Position numbers and translations under genes: made by a program. Below are positions 9,968 to 19,843 of a stretch of 64,000 nucleotides of DNA, piece by piece. The stretch covers positions 64,001-128,000 of the forward strand of contig JBAXWY010000003.1 of NCBI GenBank assembly GCA_037128175.1. Reading direction: 5' to 3'. The notes under the pieces were generated by a model. It worked only from the letters and a program-made list of their open reading frames with translations. It had not been told where the DNA came from and made no database searches. Position 1 is the first letter of the stretch. The number at the start of each line of letters is the position of its first letter. This stretch comes from Methanothrix sp. GTDB taxonomy: Archaea > Halobacteriota > Methanosarcinia > Methanotrichales > Methanotrichaceae.

Positions 9968-11947
9968 TTATATTGTATCTTTGTGCACGACGAATTCGTG
10001 GCTCCGATCTAAAGCCAGGGCCAGGATGTTCGTGAATGCTTCCAGTAACCTCTTCTGCTCAGGCAGCAAGAGCTGTTCCGCCTTGCCCAGTCCCACACCC
10101 AGCACTCCAATGGTGACGTCTTTGGTCTTGAGGGGCAGGTAAAAGAGCGTCGCTGAGGAAAGAGTCTGTGTGCCGTGTCCTGCTTCCTGGCCGTGTCTGA
10201 GGACCCAGGTGGCCACACCCAGCTTGCGTTCATCAAATATCAGGTGTTCTCCCATCTTGGCCCGTTCCTTGAGCCGTCCGGTTTCATCAGGGAGCAGGAT
10301 CATCACTTCACACTCGAAGGCTTCTGCAATCTCTCGGGCGGCACAGCTTAAAAGCTCCTCCCCGTTTCCGGCTGCCATGAGGTTACGACTAAAGGAATAA
10401 AGATTGGAGACAAAACGCTCCCTTTGGCGAGCGCTCTCGCCCTGCCATCTCACCAGATCCGCCAGAAAACTGGTTATTATTCCAACTATTACGAAGACGA
10501 TGAACACGGGCAAATAGTGCAGATCTTCAACTGCCAATGTCATTTTGGGTGGTACGAAGAAGAAATCCAGGGCGCCTACGGCCAGGAGCGATGTGATCAG
10601 ACCTGAGCGCCTACCCCAGGTCATTCCACTGTAGATCACAGGCAAAAGCAGGATCATGGCGATGTTAATGAGGCCCAGCTGGCTTTGCAGCGGCCAGCAA
10701 AAGGCGACCGTTGCCGCTACGATTAAGAGGCTGCCGGAGAGCTGCCGCCAGTTCATGTCGCCTGCAAGCGACGCTGCCTCATGTTTAGCCAGATCGGCCT
10801 CTGCGCCGCCTATGACGAGCACATGGATCTGTCCGCTCCGTTTTATGATCTCGTTTACCACTGATCCTCTCCACCATCTGTTCCACAAACGGCGACGCGG
10901 CAGTCCGACGACGATTACCGTGATATTACGCTCTCTGGAGAAGGCGATGACCTCCTCGGCGATATTCTGTGCGCTAAGAACCTGGACCTTTGCCCCCAGC
11001 TCCCTCGCCAGCGTTAAGTTATGCGCCAGTTGATTCCGAGCGGCCTGTGTTGATGAGGTCTCCTCTGGAGATTCTACATAAACCGCGAACCACTCGCCAT
11101 CCTGGTCTGCAGCCATGCGCTGCCCTATGCGTATCAGCCGCTCGGAGAAGGTACTGGCGTTTATGCAGACCAACAATCTTGATCCGGCCGGCCAGGGTCC
11201 CAGGATGCCATGCCCCTCCATGTAGGTGCGCATGTCCTCATCCACCATGCGGGCAGCATATCTGAGAGCTATCTCTCGCAGTCCCAGCAGGTTGCCTTTG
11301 CGGAAAAAGCGCTGCACGGCTTGCTCTGCCTGGGAGGGCAGGTACACTTTGCCATCCTTAAACCGCTGTAGCAGATCCTCCGGAGTCAGGTCTACAACTT
11401 CGATCTCATCTGCTTTCTCCAGTATCCTGTCCGGCAGAGTCTCTCGAACCCTCACGCCCGTTATCTGAAATATGATATCGTTGAGGCTCTCAATATGCTG
11501 GATGTTCAGGGTTGTGTAGACGCTGATGCCCGCATCCAGCAGCTCTTCTACATCCTGGTAGCGCTTGGCATGACGAAGGTTGGGTGCATTGGTATGAGCC
11601 AGTTCATCCACCAGGGCGATGGCCGGATGGCGTGCCAGGACTGCGTCCAGATCCATCTCCTGGGTCTCCAGACCGCCTCGATCGAGACGGCAGCGAGGAG
11701 TCTCCTCCAGTCCCTCCAGCAGAACCTCTGTCTCATGCCGTCCATGTGTCTCCACCAGTGCGACAACGACATCCACACAGCTCTTTTTTAGTTGCTGCGC
11801 TTCTTCCAGCATTTGATAGGTCTTGCCGACGCCTGCCGCCGCGCCAAGGATGATCTTGAGATGTCCACGGCTGCTGCTGGCCACGCTTTCCTCATGCTGA
11901 ATCCGCTCTAATAATTGATCCGGATCCGGACGGCAATCCTTCTCCAT
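9968..11947 (-). CDS. kdpD: KdpD-type sensor (KdpD N-domain, USP, 4-TM region, GAF) without a histidine kinase module
   Basis: GAAAGVGKT, LVDELAHTN, KRYQDVEELL, TTLNIQHIESLND; protein ends right after the GAF helix (ALALDR...) with no HDLRTP H-box. Confidence 0.9.
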   Translation of the reverse strand: MEKDCRPDPDQLLERIQHEESVASSSRGHLKIILGAAAGVGKTYQMLEEAQQLKKSCVDVVVALVETHGRHETEVLLEGLEETPRCRLDRGGLETQEMDLDAVLARHPAIALVDELAHTNAPNLRHAKRYQDVEELLDAGISVYTTLNIQHIESLNDIIFQITGVRVRETLPDRILEKADEIEVVDLTPEDLLQRFKDGKVYLPSQAEQAVQRFFRKGNLLGLREIALRYAARMVDEDMRTYMEGHGILGPWPAGSRLLVCINASTFSERLIRIGQRMAADQDGEWFAVYVESPEETSSTQAARNQLAHNLTLARELGAKVQVLSAQNIAEEVIAFSRERNITVIVVGLPRRRLWNRWWRGSVVNEIIKRSGQIHVLVIGGAEADLAKHEAASLAGDMNWRQLSGSLLIVAATVAFCWPLQSQLGLINIAMILLLPVIYSGMTWGRRSGLITSLLAVGALDFFFVPPKMTLAVEDLHYLPVFIVFVIVGIITSFLADLVRWQGESARQRERFVSNLYSFSRNLMAAGNGEELLSCAAREIAEAFECEVMILLPDETGRLKERAKMGEHLIFDERKLGVATWVLRHGQEAGHGTQTLSSATLFYLPLKTKDVTIGVLGVGLGKAEQLLLPEQKRLLEAFTNILALALDRSHEFVVHKDTI

Positions 11948-11950
11948 TGT

Positions 11951-12544
11951 CTAACTCTCCCTCATCGCCTCATCCAGGGCCAGGTTAAGCCTGAGCACGT
12001 TTACCCTCTCCTGCCCCAGAATGCCTAGCATGGCAGGCTCAACGTTCTGATCGATCAGCGCCTGCACCGCAGAATGAGTGAGACCTCTCGCTCCGGCCAC
12101 GCGCGCCACCTGCTCTATTGCTCCCTGCCGGCTTATGTGCGGGTCCAGGCCGCTGCCTGAGGCCAGGACCAGATCCGCGGGCACGCTCTGATCTGAGGGC
12201 AGCCTATCCTCACGCCGGACTTGATCTATCCTTCGGCTCACCTCTTCCATAAGCCTGGCACTGGTTGGCCCGAGGTTGCTGGCACCAGAGCCGTTGGCGC
12301 TGTAATTGACATAAGAAGGCCGTCCATGGAAATAGCCAGGGCTCTGGAAAGTCTGGCCGATGAGCTCTGAGCCCACGATTCTGCCGTCAACTACAATCAG
12401 GCTTCCTTCGGCCTTGGCCGGCATGGTCGTCTGGACTATGCCGGTTATGAACAGAGGATAGGCAATACCTGTGAGCAGAGTGAAGGCCAGGAACAGAATC
12501 ACTGCAGGCCTTATTTCTTTTGCATATTCGAACATCTTCCTCAC
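11951..12544 (-). CDS. kdpC: K+-transporting ATPase subunit C
   Basis: [43 protein letters not shown]. Confidence 0.97.
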   Translation of the reverse strand: MRKMFEYAKEIRPAVILFLAFTLLTGIAYPLFITGIVQTTMPAKAEGSLIVVDGRIVGSELIGQTFQSPGYFHGRPSYVNYSANGSGASNLGPTSARLMEEVSRRIDQVRREDRLPSDQSVPADLVLASGSGLDPHISRQGAIEQVARVAGARGLTHSAVQALIDQNVEPAMLGILGQERVNVLRLNLALDEAMRES

Positions 12545-14592
12545 TCCAAATGCAGGAAAATAACCAGCATATCGATCAGCTTGATGCCGATGAAAGGCAC
12601 GGCCAGTCCGCCCAGGCCATAGAATAGCAAATTGCGTCGCAGCAGCTGTGAGGCCGTCGTGGGTGTGTAGCGCACACCCCGCAGTGATAGTGGTATCAAG
12701 AGCGGGATGATGATGGCATTGAAGATAATCGCAGAAAGCACCGCGCTGCTCGGCGTAGCCAGATGCATGACGTTCAGCGCACTGAGCATGGGATACTCGG
12801 CCGCAAATATGGCTGGGATGATGGCAAAGTACTTTGAGACATCATTGGCCACGCTAAATGTGGTCAGCGCCCCTCTGGTAATCAATATCTGTTTGCCTAT
12901 CTCCACTATATCCAGCAGTTTGGCAGGATTGGAGTCCAGATCCACCATGTTGGCTGCCTCCCTGGCGGCCTGTGTTCCTGCATTCATGGCCACGGCCACA
13001 TCCGCCTGGGCCAGAGCCGGAGCATCGTTGGTGCCGTCTCCAATCATTGCCACCAGGTGCCCTCCCCTCTGATATTTTCGAATGGCCTCCAGCTTGACCT
13101 CGGGACGGGCCTGGCCGATGAAGTCATCGATTCCAGCCTCCGCGGCGATGGCTGCAGCGGTCATGGGATTGTCTCCCGTGATCATGACGGAGCGAATGCC
13201 AACCAATCGCAGGCGAGATAGGCGCTCCTTGATATTCTCTTTGAGTACATCCTTCAGACGGACGGCCCCCAAAATCCTCGCGCCATCGGCGACCACCAGA
13301 GGTGTGCCGCCATCTCTCGCAATGCTGTCAACTGCAGTTCTGATGCTCTCAGGCATTGTGCCGCCCTTATTTTTCACATATTCCTCAATGGCGTCATGGG
13401 CACCTTTGCGAATCTCCCCCTCGCTCCAGTCTATGCCGCTCATGCGCGTCTCGGCGCTAAAGGGGATGAATGAGGAGCCCTCCGGCGCCCGGATATCTCT
13501 GCCGCGGATGCCCAGAGTCTCCTTGCACAGATCAACTATGCTGCGCCCTTCCGGCGTCACGTCCGCCAGTGAGGAGTACATTGCTGCATAAGCCAGCTCT
13601 TCTTTCGTCACTCCCTCGGCTGGCAGGAACTGTGTGGCCATCCTGTTTCCTAGGGTGATGGTGCCGGTCTTGTCCATGAGCACCACATCCACGTCGCCCG
13701 AGGCCTCCACGGCTCTTCCGCTCATGGCGATGACATTATGCGAAAGCAGCCGGTCCATGCCGGCGATGCCGATGGCGGGCAGCAGGCCGCCGATGGTGGT
13801 AGGCATCAGGCAGACCAGCAGCGCCACCAGCACAGGCACGGGAACGATGATACCCATGTACCCGGCAAAGACATCCAGGGTGATTACCACCACCATGAAC
13901 AGCCCGGTGAGACCAATGAGCAATATCTCCAGGGCCTGCTCATTGGGTGTCTTCTGGCGCTTGGCGCTCTCCACCATTCCTATCATCTGGTCCAGGAAGG
14001 TCTTGCCCGGGTCCGCAGTGATGAGGATCTTGATCTTCCCGGAGAGTACTCTAGTTCCGCCAGTGACGCCGCAGAGGTCGCCTCCCGCTTCGCGGACTAC
14101 AGGTGCCGATTCGCCCGTGATGGCTGATTCGTCCACAAGTGCGACTCCTTCTACGATCTCGCCGTCGCTGGGGATGGTCTCGCCGTCCTTTGCCAGGACA
14201 AGATCGCCTTTGACAAGCAGCAGGGCAGAAACCTGCTCAATGCTGCCATTGGCCAGCAATCTTTGGGCTATGGCCTCGCTCTTCGCCTGGCGAAGGGTCT
14301 CGGCCTGAGCCCGGCCCCGTCCTTCCGCCAGAGCCTCAGCGAAATTAGCGAAGAGTATGGTGAACCACAGCCAGAGGCTGATCTGGCCGTCGAATCCCGC
14401 ATTCCCGCCTGAGATCAAATCGCGCGCCGTGATCAGAGTAGTCAGGATGGCGCCTATCTCCACGGCGAGCATTACCGGGCTACGCCAGAGGCGGCGCGGG
14501 TCCAGCTTGGGGATGGAATCTAAAATTGCCTGTTTTATCTGAGAAGTCTGCCATAAATCGGACTTATTGATGTGCATATTATCCCTCCTCAA
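12541..14592 (-). CDS. kdpB: K+-transporting P-type ATPase subunit B
   Basis: TGES, DKTGT phosphorylation motif, MITGDN, GDGTND. Confidence 0.98.
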   Translation of the reverse strand: MRRDNMHINKSDLWQTSQIKQAILDSIPKLDPRRLWRSPVMLAVEIGAILTTLITARDLISGGNAGFDGQISLWLWFTILFANFAEALAEGRGRAQAETLRQAKSEAIAQRLLANGSIEQVSALLLVKGDLVLAKDGETIPSDGEIVEGVALVDESAITGESAPVVREAGGDLCGVTGGTRVLSGKIKILITADPGKTFLDQMIGMVESAKRQKTPNEQALEILLIGLTGLFMVVVITLDVFAGYMGIIVPVPVLVALLVCLMPTTIGGLLPAIGIAGMDRLLSHNVIAMSGRAVEASGDVDVVLMDKTGTITLGNRMATQFLPAEGVTKEELAYAAMYSSLADVTPEGRSIVDLCKETLGIRGRDIRAPEGSSFIPFSAETRMSGIDWSEGEIRKGAHDAIEEYVKNKGGTMPESIRTAVDSIARDGGTPLVVADGARILGAVRLKDVLKENIKERLSRLRLVGIRSVMITGDNPMTAAAIAAEAGIDDFIGQARPEVKLEAIRKYQRGGHLVAMIGDGTNDAPALAQADVAVAMNAGTQAAREAANMVDLDSNPAKLLDIVEIGKQILITRGALTTFSVANDVSKYFAIIPAIFAAEYPMLSALNVMHLATPSSAVLSAIIFNAIIIPLLIPLSLRGVRYTPTTASQLLRRNLLFYGLGGLAVPFIGIKLIDMLVIFLHLE

Positions 14593-16292
14593 AAGGTCCT
14601 GCCCGCCTGCATCATCAGGTGCTCGAGTATGGGGCCAAGCACAAAGACGGGGAAGAAGGTCAGAGCCCCGACTATGATGATCGTGCCTACCAGCATGATC
14701 ACGAAGAGCGGACTGGCGACCGGGAAGGTAGCCGTGTTGGCAGGCACTATTCTCTTTGCCGCCAGGGAGCCGGCTATGGCCAGCGCCGGCAATATCGTAG
14801 CAAATCTACCCACCAGCATCGCCAGAGACAGGGTCAGGTTGTAGAAGGTGGTGTTGGCATTCAGGCCGGCAAAGGCGGACCCGTTATTGCCGCAGGCCGA
14901 GGCGAAGGCATAGAGTATCTCAGTAAGTGAGTGCGGCCCGCCGTTGTTCAGACTAAAGAGGCCCTGGGGCAGTACTATGGCAAGACCTGCCAGCATCAGC
15001 AGAACTATGGAAGGTGCCAGCAAACCGATGACTGCCATTCTCATCTCGAAGGGCTCCAGTTTTTTGCCGAAGAGCTCGGGAGTGCGGCCGATCATGAGGC
15101 CGGCTAAGAACATGGTCATGATGGCATAGAAGAAAATGCCTATCAGTCCCACCCCGACTCCGCCGAAGATCACCTCGCCGATGACCATGTTGAAGAGCAG
15201 AACTAAGCCGGCTAGAGGCATCATGCTGTCGTGCATGCTGTTCACGGCTCCATCTGAGGTCACTGTAGTAGACTGTGCAAAGAGCACCGATGACACTATG
15301 CCAAAGCGCACTTCTTTGCCTTCCATATTAACACCGCCCGCCACGCCCAGCTTCTCCAGCAAGGGGCTCCCCTGTCCTTCCGCCCAGAGGGCGAGGCCCA
15401 AACCCATCAGGTAGAGGATGGACATGGCCGCAAATATGGCCCAGCCCTGTCTGGGGTTATTGACCAGTGCGCCAAAGGCGAAGGGGAGCGATGCCGCTAT
15501 GAGCAGCATGGCCAACACCTGCAGGAAGTTGGTGAGGGGCGTGGGGTTCTCAAAAGGATGGGCGGAGTTGGCATTGAAGAAGCCGCCTCCATTGGTTCCC
15601 AGGAGCTTGATGGCCTCCTGCGAAGCCACGGGCCCTATTGAAATGACCTGCTCACCTCCCTCAAGGGTCTGGGCAATGACATTGGGGCCCAGGGTCTGAA
15701 TCATGCCTTGGGACGCAAATAAGAGAGCCCAGATGAGGGCCAGGGGCAGCAGAAGATAGAGCACCGACCGGGTGAGGTCGACCCAGAAATTCCCCAGGGT
15801 GGCGGCATTCTTGCGAGTGAAGCCTCGAATGACGGCCATGGCTGCAGATAGCCCCACAGCGGCTGAGAGGAAATTTTGCACAGTCAAGCCCAGCATTTGG
15901 GTGAGGTAGCTCATTGTCTGCTCGCCGCTGTAAGACTGCCAGTTGGTGTTGGTGGTGAAGGAGACGGCGGTATTGAGGGCCGTATCCCAGCGAACCGCCC
16001 CCAGGCTCTGTGGATTGAAAGGAAGAAAACCCTGCAATTCCTGCAGCAAAAAGACGGCCGCCAGACCAAAGGCATTGAAGATCAAGAGAGCGGAAACGTA
16101 GCTCTTCCAGGACATCTCTCTTGTCTCGTCCACGCCCGCCATTCTGTAAAATGCCCGTTCGACAGGCCGGAAGAGAGGCGTTACTCGGGTAGGCTCGCCA
16201 TTGATAACTTTCGCAATATATCTTCCCGTAGGCAACGCCAGAACTATCAGGGTGCCTAACAACAGGGCTATGTATGCAAATTCCATTGACAT
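14589..16292 (-). CDS. kdpA: K+-transporting ATPase subunit A
   Basis: [29 protein letters not shown]. Confidence 0.98.
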   Translation of the reverse strand: MSMEFAYIALLLGTLIVLALPTGRYIAKVINGEPTRVTPLFRPVERAFYRMAGVDETREMSWKSYVSALLIFNAFGLAAVFLLQELQGFLPFNPQSLGAVRWDTALNTAVSFTTNTNWQSYSGEQTMSYLTQMLGLTVQNFLSAAVGLSAAMAVIRGFTRKNAATLGNFWVDLTRSVLYLLLPLALIWALLFASQGMIQTLGPNVIAQTLEGGEQVISIGPVASQEAIKLLGTNGGGFFNANSAHPFENPTPLTNFLQVLAMLLIAASLPFAFGALVNNPRQGWAIFAAMSILYLMGLGLALWAEGQGSPLLEKLGVAGGVNMEGKEVRFGIVSSVLFAQSTTVTSDGAVNSMHDSMMPLAGLVLLFNMVIGEVIFGGVGVGLIGIFFYAIMTMFLAGLMIGRTPELFGKKLEPFEMRMAVIGLLAPSIVLLMLAGLAIVLPQGLFSLNNGGPHSLTEILYAFASACGNNGSAFAGLNANTTFYNLTLSLAMLVGRFATILPALAIAGSLAAKRIVPANTATFPVASPLFVIMLVGTIIIVGALTFFPVFVLGPILEHLMMQAGRTF

Positions 16293-16311
16293 TTATGTCG
16301 CCTTCGGATGA

Positions 16312-16330
16312 ATTATCTTAAGGAGATAAT
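16312..16330. promoter_or_regulatory. Candidate operator palindrome upstream of kdpA
   Basis: ATTATCT-taagg-AGATAAT (7-5-7 inverted repeat) 20-38 bp upstream of the kdpA start. Confidence 0.35.
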
Positions 16331-16526
16331 CTTATCAAACTTAATAGTCTCTAAATTTATCTGGCACGTTGGCCGGATATAGAATCGCTTGATCTTGAAG
16401 AATGTCTGCAAATCCTCACAAAGACACCTTTCTTGCCGATCTTGATCATAGCGGTCCCCGCCGCTACAGTCGTCAGCCAGCCGGAGACCCTCAGACCTCC
16501 CTGTGCCATGCCAGGAATTGACTCCA

Positions 16527-16814
16527 TTATTGATCCCTCTTACTGGAGAAGAAACGAAGAGATTTCTTACTTGCTCCTGGTCGTTCTCCATAAGAGGACA
16601 GAACATTCCGGCATTGGTATATAAAGATATCTCGACATTCGGGACTCTTCAAGAAATAGCTATCAAAAGGACCATACTCCTTAATTTGAAGCACGCGATC
16701 ATCAACGATGACGGCCTTCACCTTGAGATAATAAAAGCTTTCACCGCTCTTGAAGTCCAGGAGTTCGAAGCTCTTGATGATTCTATCCTGAAGTGATTCT
16801 AAAGTTCGTTGCAT
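16527..16814 (-). pseudogene. Truncated DUF6516/TumE-like toxin
   Basis: N-terminal half fits the family (FYYLKVKAVIVDDRVLQIKEY), but the expected YSYHW...RWDNAPH half is absent; overlaps the upstream antitoxin-like gene. Confidence 0.5.
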
Positions 16815-17031
16815 CTTCAATCTTTTTAAGCCTTGATTCGAGATCCTTCAAGCTATCTCTGTAGGCCTTCCACTCGATGAAATCATCCCAGCGTTGGAAA
16901 TCCTCCGGAAGATGCTTTAATTTTTCCTCGAAGGTATCAAGATTGCATCTGTGTTTCATTTCAAATGACTTTATCTTCTCTTTCACCGGTGCGATCTGAG
17001 ATCTCAAAATCATCGGCAGCTTTTGGGGCAT
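16783..17031 (-). CDS. Small TumA-like antitoxin, possibly 5'-truncated
   Basis: FEMKHRCNLDTFEE...WDDFIEWKAY pattern; overlaps the start of the toxin-like ORF. Confidence 0.55.
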   Translation of the reverse strand: MPQKLPMILRSQIAPVKEKIKSFEMKHRCNLDTFEEKLKHLPEDFQRWDDFIEWKAYRDSLKDLESRLKKIEDATNFRITSG

Positions 17032-17037
17032 ATGAGA

Positions 17038-17247
17038 TCAAACCGTAACTTCTACGATCCTTCCCGGAGCGCCCAGCTGCCTTGTTCGCTCTTCAGCCAG
17101 AGATTCCAGGCAGCCTACTATCGCCTCTTTGATGTTCTCCAAGGCTTCTTCCATGCTGTCGCCCTGGGAGTGACATCCGGAAAGTGCTGGGCAGCTCACG
17201 ATGTAGCCGCCATCCACGTCTTGCACGAGAACAACTCTCAAATTCAT
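17038..17247 (-). CDS. HicB-family antitoxin (orphan)
   Basis: DGGYIVSCPALSGCHSQGDSMEEALENIKEAI; no HicA-like ORF adjacent. Confidence 0.88.
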   Translation of the reverse strand: MNLRVVLVQDVDGGYIVSCPALSGCHSQGDSMEEALENIKEAIVGCLESLAEERTRQLGAPGRIVEVTV

Positions 17248-17250
17248 GAT

Positions 17251-17808
17251 TTACAGCCTACTGCCGCCCAGTCCTTTTTCTGCAGCCTCTTTTATCATGG
17301 CGTCTACGTTTTCCAGAGCTTTTTCGGCCTGGTCGATTTTGATATGAGGCTTCAGCTCTGTAATCAAGATTGCTCGTGAATTTTCTGCACATTTTTCGTT
17401 AAGGGTAACGTAAAGGGCAGTGGCCTGACGCTCCAGCTCTGCAACACCCATTTTTCCAATCTTTTCGGCTACAAACTGCATTCTTTCGGCATATTTCCCT
17501 CGCGTCTTTGGGTACCGATTCAGGAAATCCTGGCCGGTTTTTGTGGGGAGAAGGCTTGGCCCGTAGGGGCGGCGTGATTTATATTCGAGCAAGCTATCCG
17601 CCCGCATGGCAGTGACTGCATCGGCTAGATCGAATGAGTAAGGTCCATGCTTGTAGAGTATGAACTCGAGATTCATCGGGACTTCCAGCAGTTCTTGCAG
17701 GAAATATACCGATTTCTGGATGTGAGTCTCGCCGCACCAACTGCCTTTTGCTCTCATCTCATTCATCAGCGAGAGCAAAATGGCGTCTCGCTGCATTTGT
17801 TTTAGCAT
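17251..17808 (-). CDS. YwgA-like / SocA-Panacea-related protein
   Basis: GETHIQKSVYFLQE...FILYKHGPYSFDL and C-terminal LERQATALY...ELKPH; overlaps the HD gene stop. Confidence 0.7.
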   Translation of the reverse strand: MLKQMQRDAILLSLMNEMRAKGSWCGETHIQKSVYFLQELLEVPMNLEFILYKHGPYSFDLADAVTAMRADSLLEYKSRRPYGPSLLPTKTGQDFLNRYPKTRGKYAERMQFVAEKIGKMGVAELERQATALYVTLNEKCAENSRAILITELKPHIKIDQAEKALENVDAMIKEAAEKGLGGSRL

Positions 17809-19121
17809 TCTTCCTCACCTTCCTTTAAAGTTATAATCCTCTTCAGATTCTTGTCACGCCATTTCTCAGCTCTTTTCCTGCACTCTGGGCTTATATAAAC
17901 ATAATCAATTGCTACCAAAGGCACCTTTTCTAACGTCTCCGATTCAGTGAACGAAGAACAGATGCGATTGTCTCTGGAAAGTAGTGGATAATTGAGACCG
18001 CCTTCTTTCTGTATGTAGTAGTCGTGTCTGACCTCCGAATCACCAAATTCCCTACATGCCGCATCAAAGACAGCTTTGCCTGCTTCACGATTTATTTCGA
18101 GATCCTCTCGAGTCCTCTGGTAGAGCAGCCTGAAGTGTTCTCTTCTGGCGATGCGGCGAGCAGGATCATGGCCAGGATGCTCTTTATCACGAACTGCCTT
18201 GGAAAGCTCAGACATTATCTCGTTATCTGTGATCTGCAGTAGGTCTTCTATTGCTGTCGCAAACATGCCATTACGAAGCCATTTCTTTAGAAAGTCCTTG
18301 AGATGAATGTCGTAAATGCGGCGAACGTGGTGGCAATAGACCTGCGAGAACATAAAGTATCTCGCTAAGAGCAACGCTTCCGCAGAATGCAGGCCTCCCA
18401 CTTCTATGCCCAAAGCCAGCTCCTGAGATCCGAGCTCGTCATCTGCGGCACTATCAATTTTGGGCAGGATGCGGAGAGTATCGATCAAACGGTAGTGGTC
18501 GAAGCGCCCGTAGGCAACTCCTATATGGTGAGAGTCTCTAAGCAAGTAGTCCATTCTATCCACTCCGAAAGCATCACCTACTATTATCTCGGAGAGGATC
18601 GCCTCCCAATCGGTGAATCTGCTGTCTCTGTAATGCTTTGGACCAACAGCCAGTTTTGCCACATCTACGCAGTCTAATTTCATCCGGCTCCAAATCAGTC
18701 TCATTTCATCGCTGCAAATCAATTCTGTTGTGAAACGCTCATGGTCCCATCCGCTGGGCAAAAGCTCGGTCTCTGCGGCATGAGAGAAGGGGAGGTGTCC
18801 GAGGTCGTGACATAAAGCTGCCATGCGTAGTGTTCTTTTCCAATATTCAAGGTCGAATTTCTTTGGAATTATTTCTCTGACCGATTCATGGTGGATATTT
18901 TCCTGATCTGTTACAACATCGAAGACTCTGCCGGCAAGCTCCATGACACCGAGAGAATGCTCGAACCGACGATGAGTGGCGCCTGGATAGAGCAAATAGG
19001 TCAAAGCTAGCTGGTGGATATGCCGAAGCCTCTGGAAAGGAGCACTATCAAGAACCTGTTTCTCTCCTGGCTCCAGACGGATAAAATTATGGATCGGATC
19101 GCGTATCTCCTGATTTGACAT
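17802..19121 (-). CDS. SAMHD1/dGTPase-like HD-domain dNTP triphosphohydrolase (island copy)
   Basis: IRDPIH, FQRLRHIHQL, HRRFEHSLG, AALCHDLGHLPFSH, DRMDYLLRD, ARYFMFSQVY. Confidence 0.9.
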   Translation of the reverse strand: MSNQEIRDPIHNFIRLEPGEKQVLDSAPFQRLRHIHQLALTYLLYPGATHRRFEHSLGVMELAGRVFDVVTDQENIHHESVREIIPKKFDLEYWKRTLRMAALCHDLGHLPFSHAAETELLPSGWDHERFTTELICSDEMRLIWSRMKLDCVDVAKLAVGPKHYRDSRFTDWEAILSEIIVGDAFGVDRMDYLLRDSHHIGVAYGRFDHYRLIDTLRILPKIDSAADDELGSQELALGIEVGGLHSAEALLLARYFMFSQVYCHHVRRIYDIHLKDFLKKWLRNGMFATAIEDLLQITDNEIMSELSKAVRDKEHPGHDPARRIARREHFRLLYQRTREDLEINREAGKAVFDAACREFGDSEVRHDYYIQKEGGLNYPLLSRDNRICSSFTESETLEKVPLVAIDYVYISPECRKRAEKWRDKNLKRIITLKEGEEEC

Positions 19122-19254
19122 CTTTTGCTCCTATCGCAGAACTTTCAAAAATTAAATAGGCATTTTTTCATTATTAAAGCCCACCCATGCGAGGCGAAAG
19201 TATTCTTCTTGCGGGTAATCCAGGAAATGCAAATGATGCGAGCGACTGCTTCCA

Positions 19255-19315
19255 AGCTCGCCCCGGAAGGCCCGGATCCTGGCGACAGCCGGGCGGCTCG
19301 CGGCGAGGGCGTCGA
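19255..19315 (-). repeat. Degenerate duplicate of the hsdS 3' end
   Basis: AGCTCGCCCCGGAAGGCCCG (20 bp) at 19255-19274 is identical to 21187-21206; ACAGCCGG and GAGGGCGTCGA are also shared in the same order. Translates as IDAL...PAV..RAFRGEL. Confidence 0.85.
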
Positions 19316-19843
19316 TCATGGGCGCAGTTGCCTTTGCACCTCTATCGGAGCCCCGTCCGTCAACCATTTTGTCGGCGTCTCGTCATCATTGACTGGATTT
19401 ACCCACAGAATGTCCCTAAGTTCACGGACCTGGTTTGAAACTGCTGAAAAATAGCTTCTGGCAGTATCGTCCAGAGAAATGACACGCTTGTCTGTTATTC
19501 TTGCAGCTTCGATGAGACGAAGATCCTTCTCCATAGCAACAAGAGCCTTTTCGGTTTGACTTGCTCGTTCAATTTTAAGGCAAAATGCGACATCATGATC
19601 TACGTTTGGCCTGTCGACCCTTCTCTTGGCATTCATGCTTCTTCGCCAGCGGCGAGCAAAAGGATGAGAATGTATATCCCATTCAGCTCCGATCTCTCGC
19701 GTCATCACCAAGCGATGGTATGTTTCATCAATCATGACCCTCAAGAAGGCCTGGCACAGTTCTCCCCGTTGACCTCTTTCGCCCGTAGATGTAGCAACGG
19801 ATGCGTCAATGACCAAACGCTTTGACTCTGCTGATGACATCAA
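19316..19843 (-). CDS. PIN-like domain protein
   Basis: RLVIDASV at the N-terminus, E in EIGAEW, EKDLRLIEAA and VISLD acidic positions; 4-bp overlap with the upstream ATPase gene. Confidence 0.65.
   Translation of the reverse strand: MMSSAESKRLVIDASVATSTGERGQRGELCQAFLRVMIDETYHRLVMTREIGAEWDIHSHPFARRWRRSMNAKRRVDRPNVDHDVAFCLKIERASQTEKALVAMEKDLRLIEAARITDKRVISLDDTARSYFSAVSNQVRELRDILWVNPVNDDETPTKWLTDGAPIEVQRQLRP

Noticed and set aside
200-16259. Numerous plus-strand ORFs of 60-224 aa
   Set aside because: Antisense shadows of well-supported minus-strand genes in GC-rich DNA; no motifs
16313-16606. Possible kdpF upstream of kdpA
   Set aside because: No short hydrophobic ORF with a KdpF-like YL...L..PE.F ending found by eye
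19152-19367. 71-aa ORF containing RAFRGEL
   Set aside because: Not an independent gene; it reads through the degenerate hsdS-tail duplicate reported as a repeat
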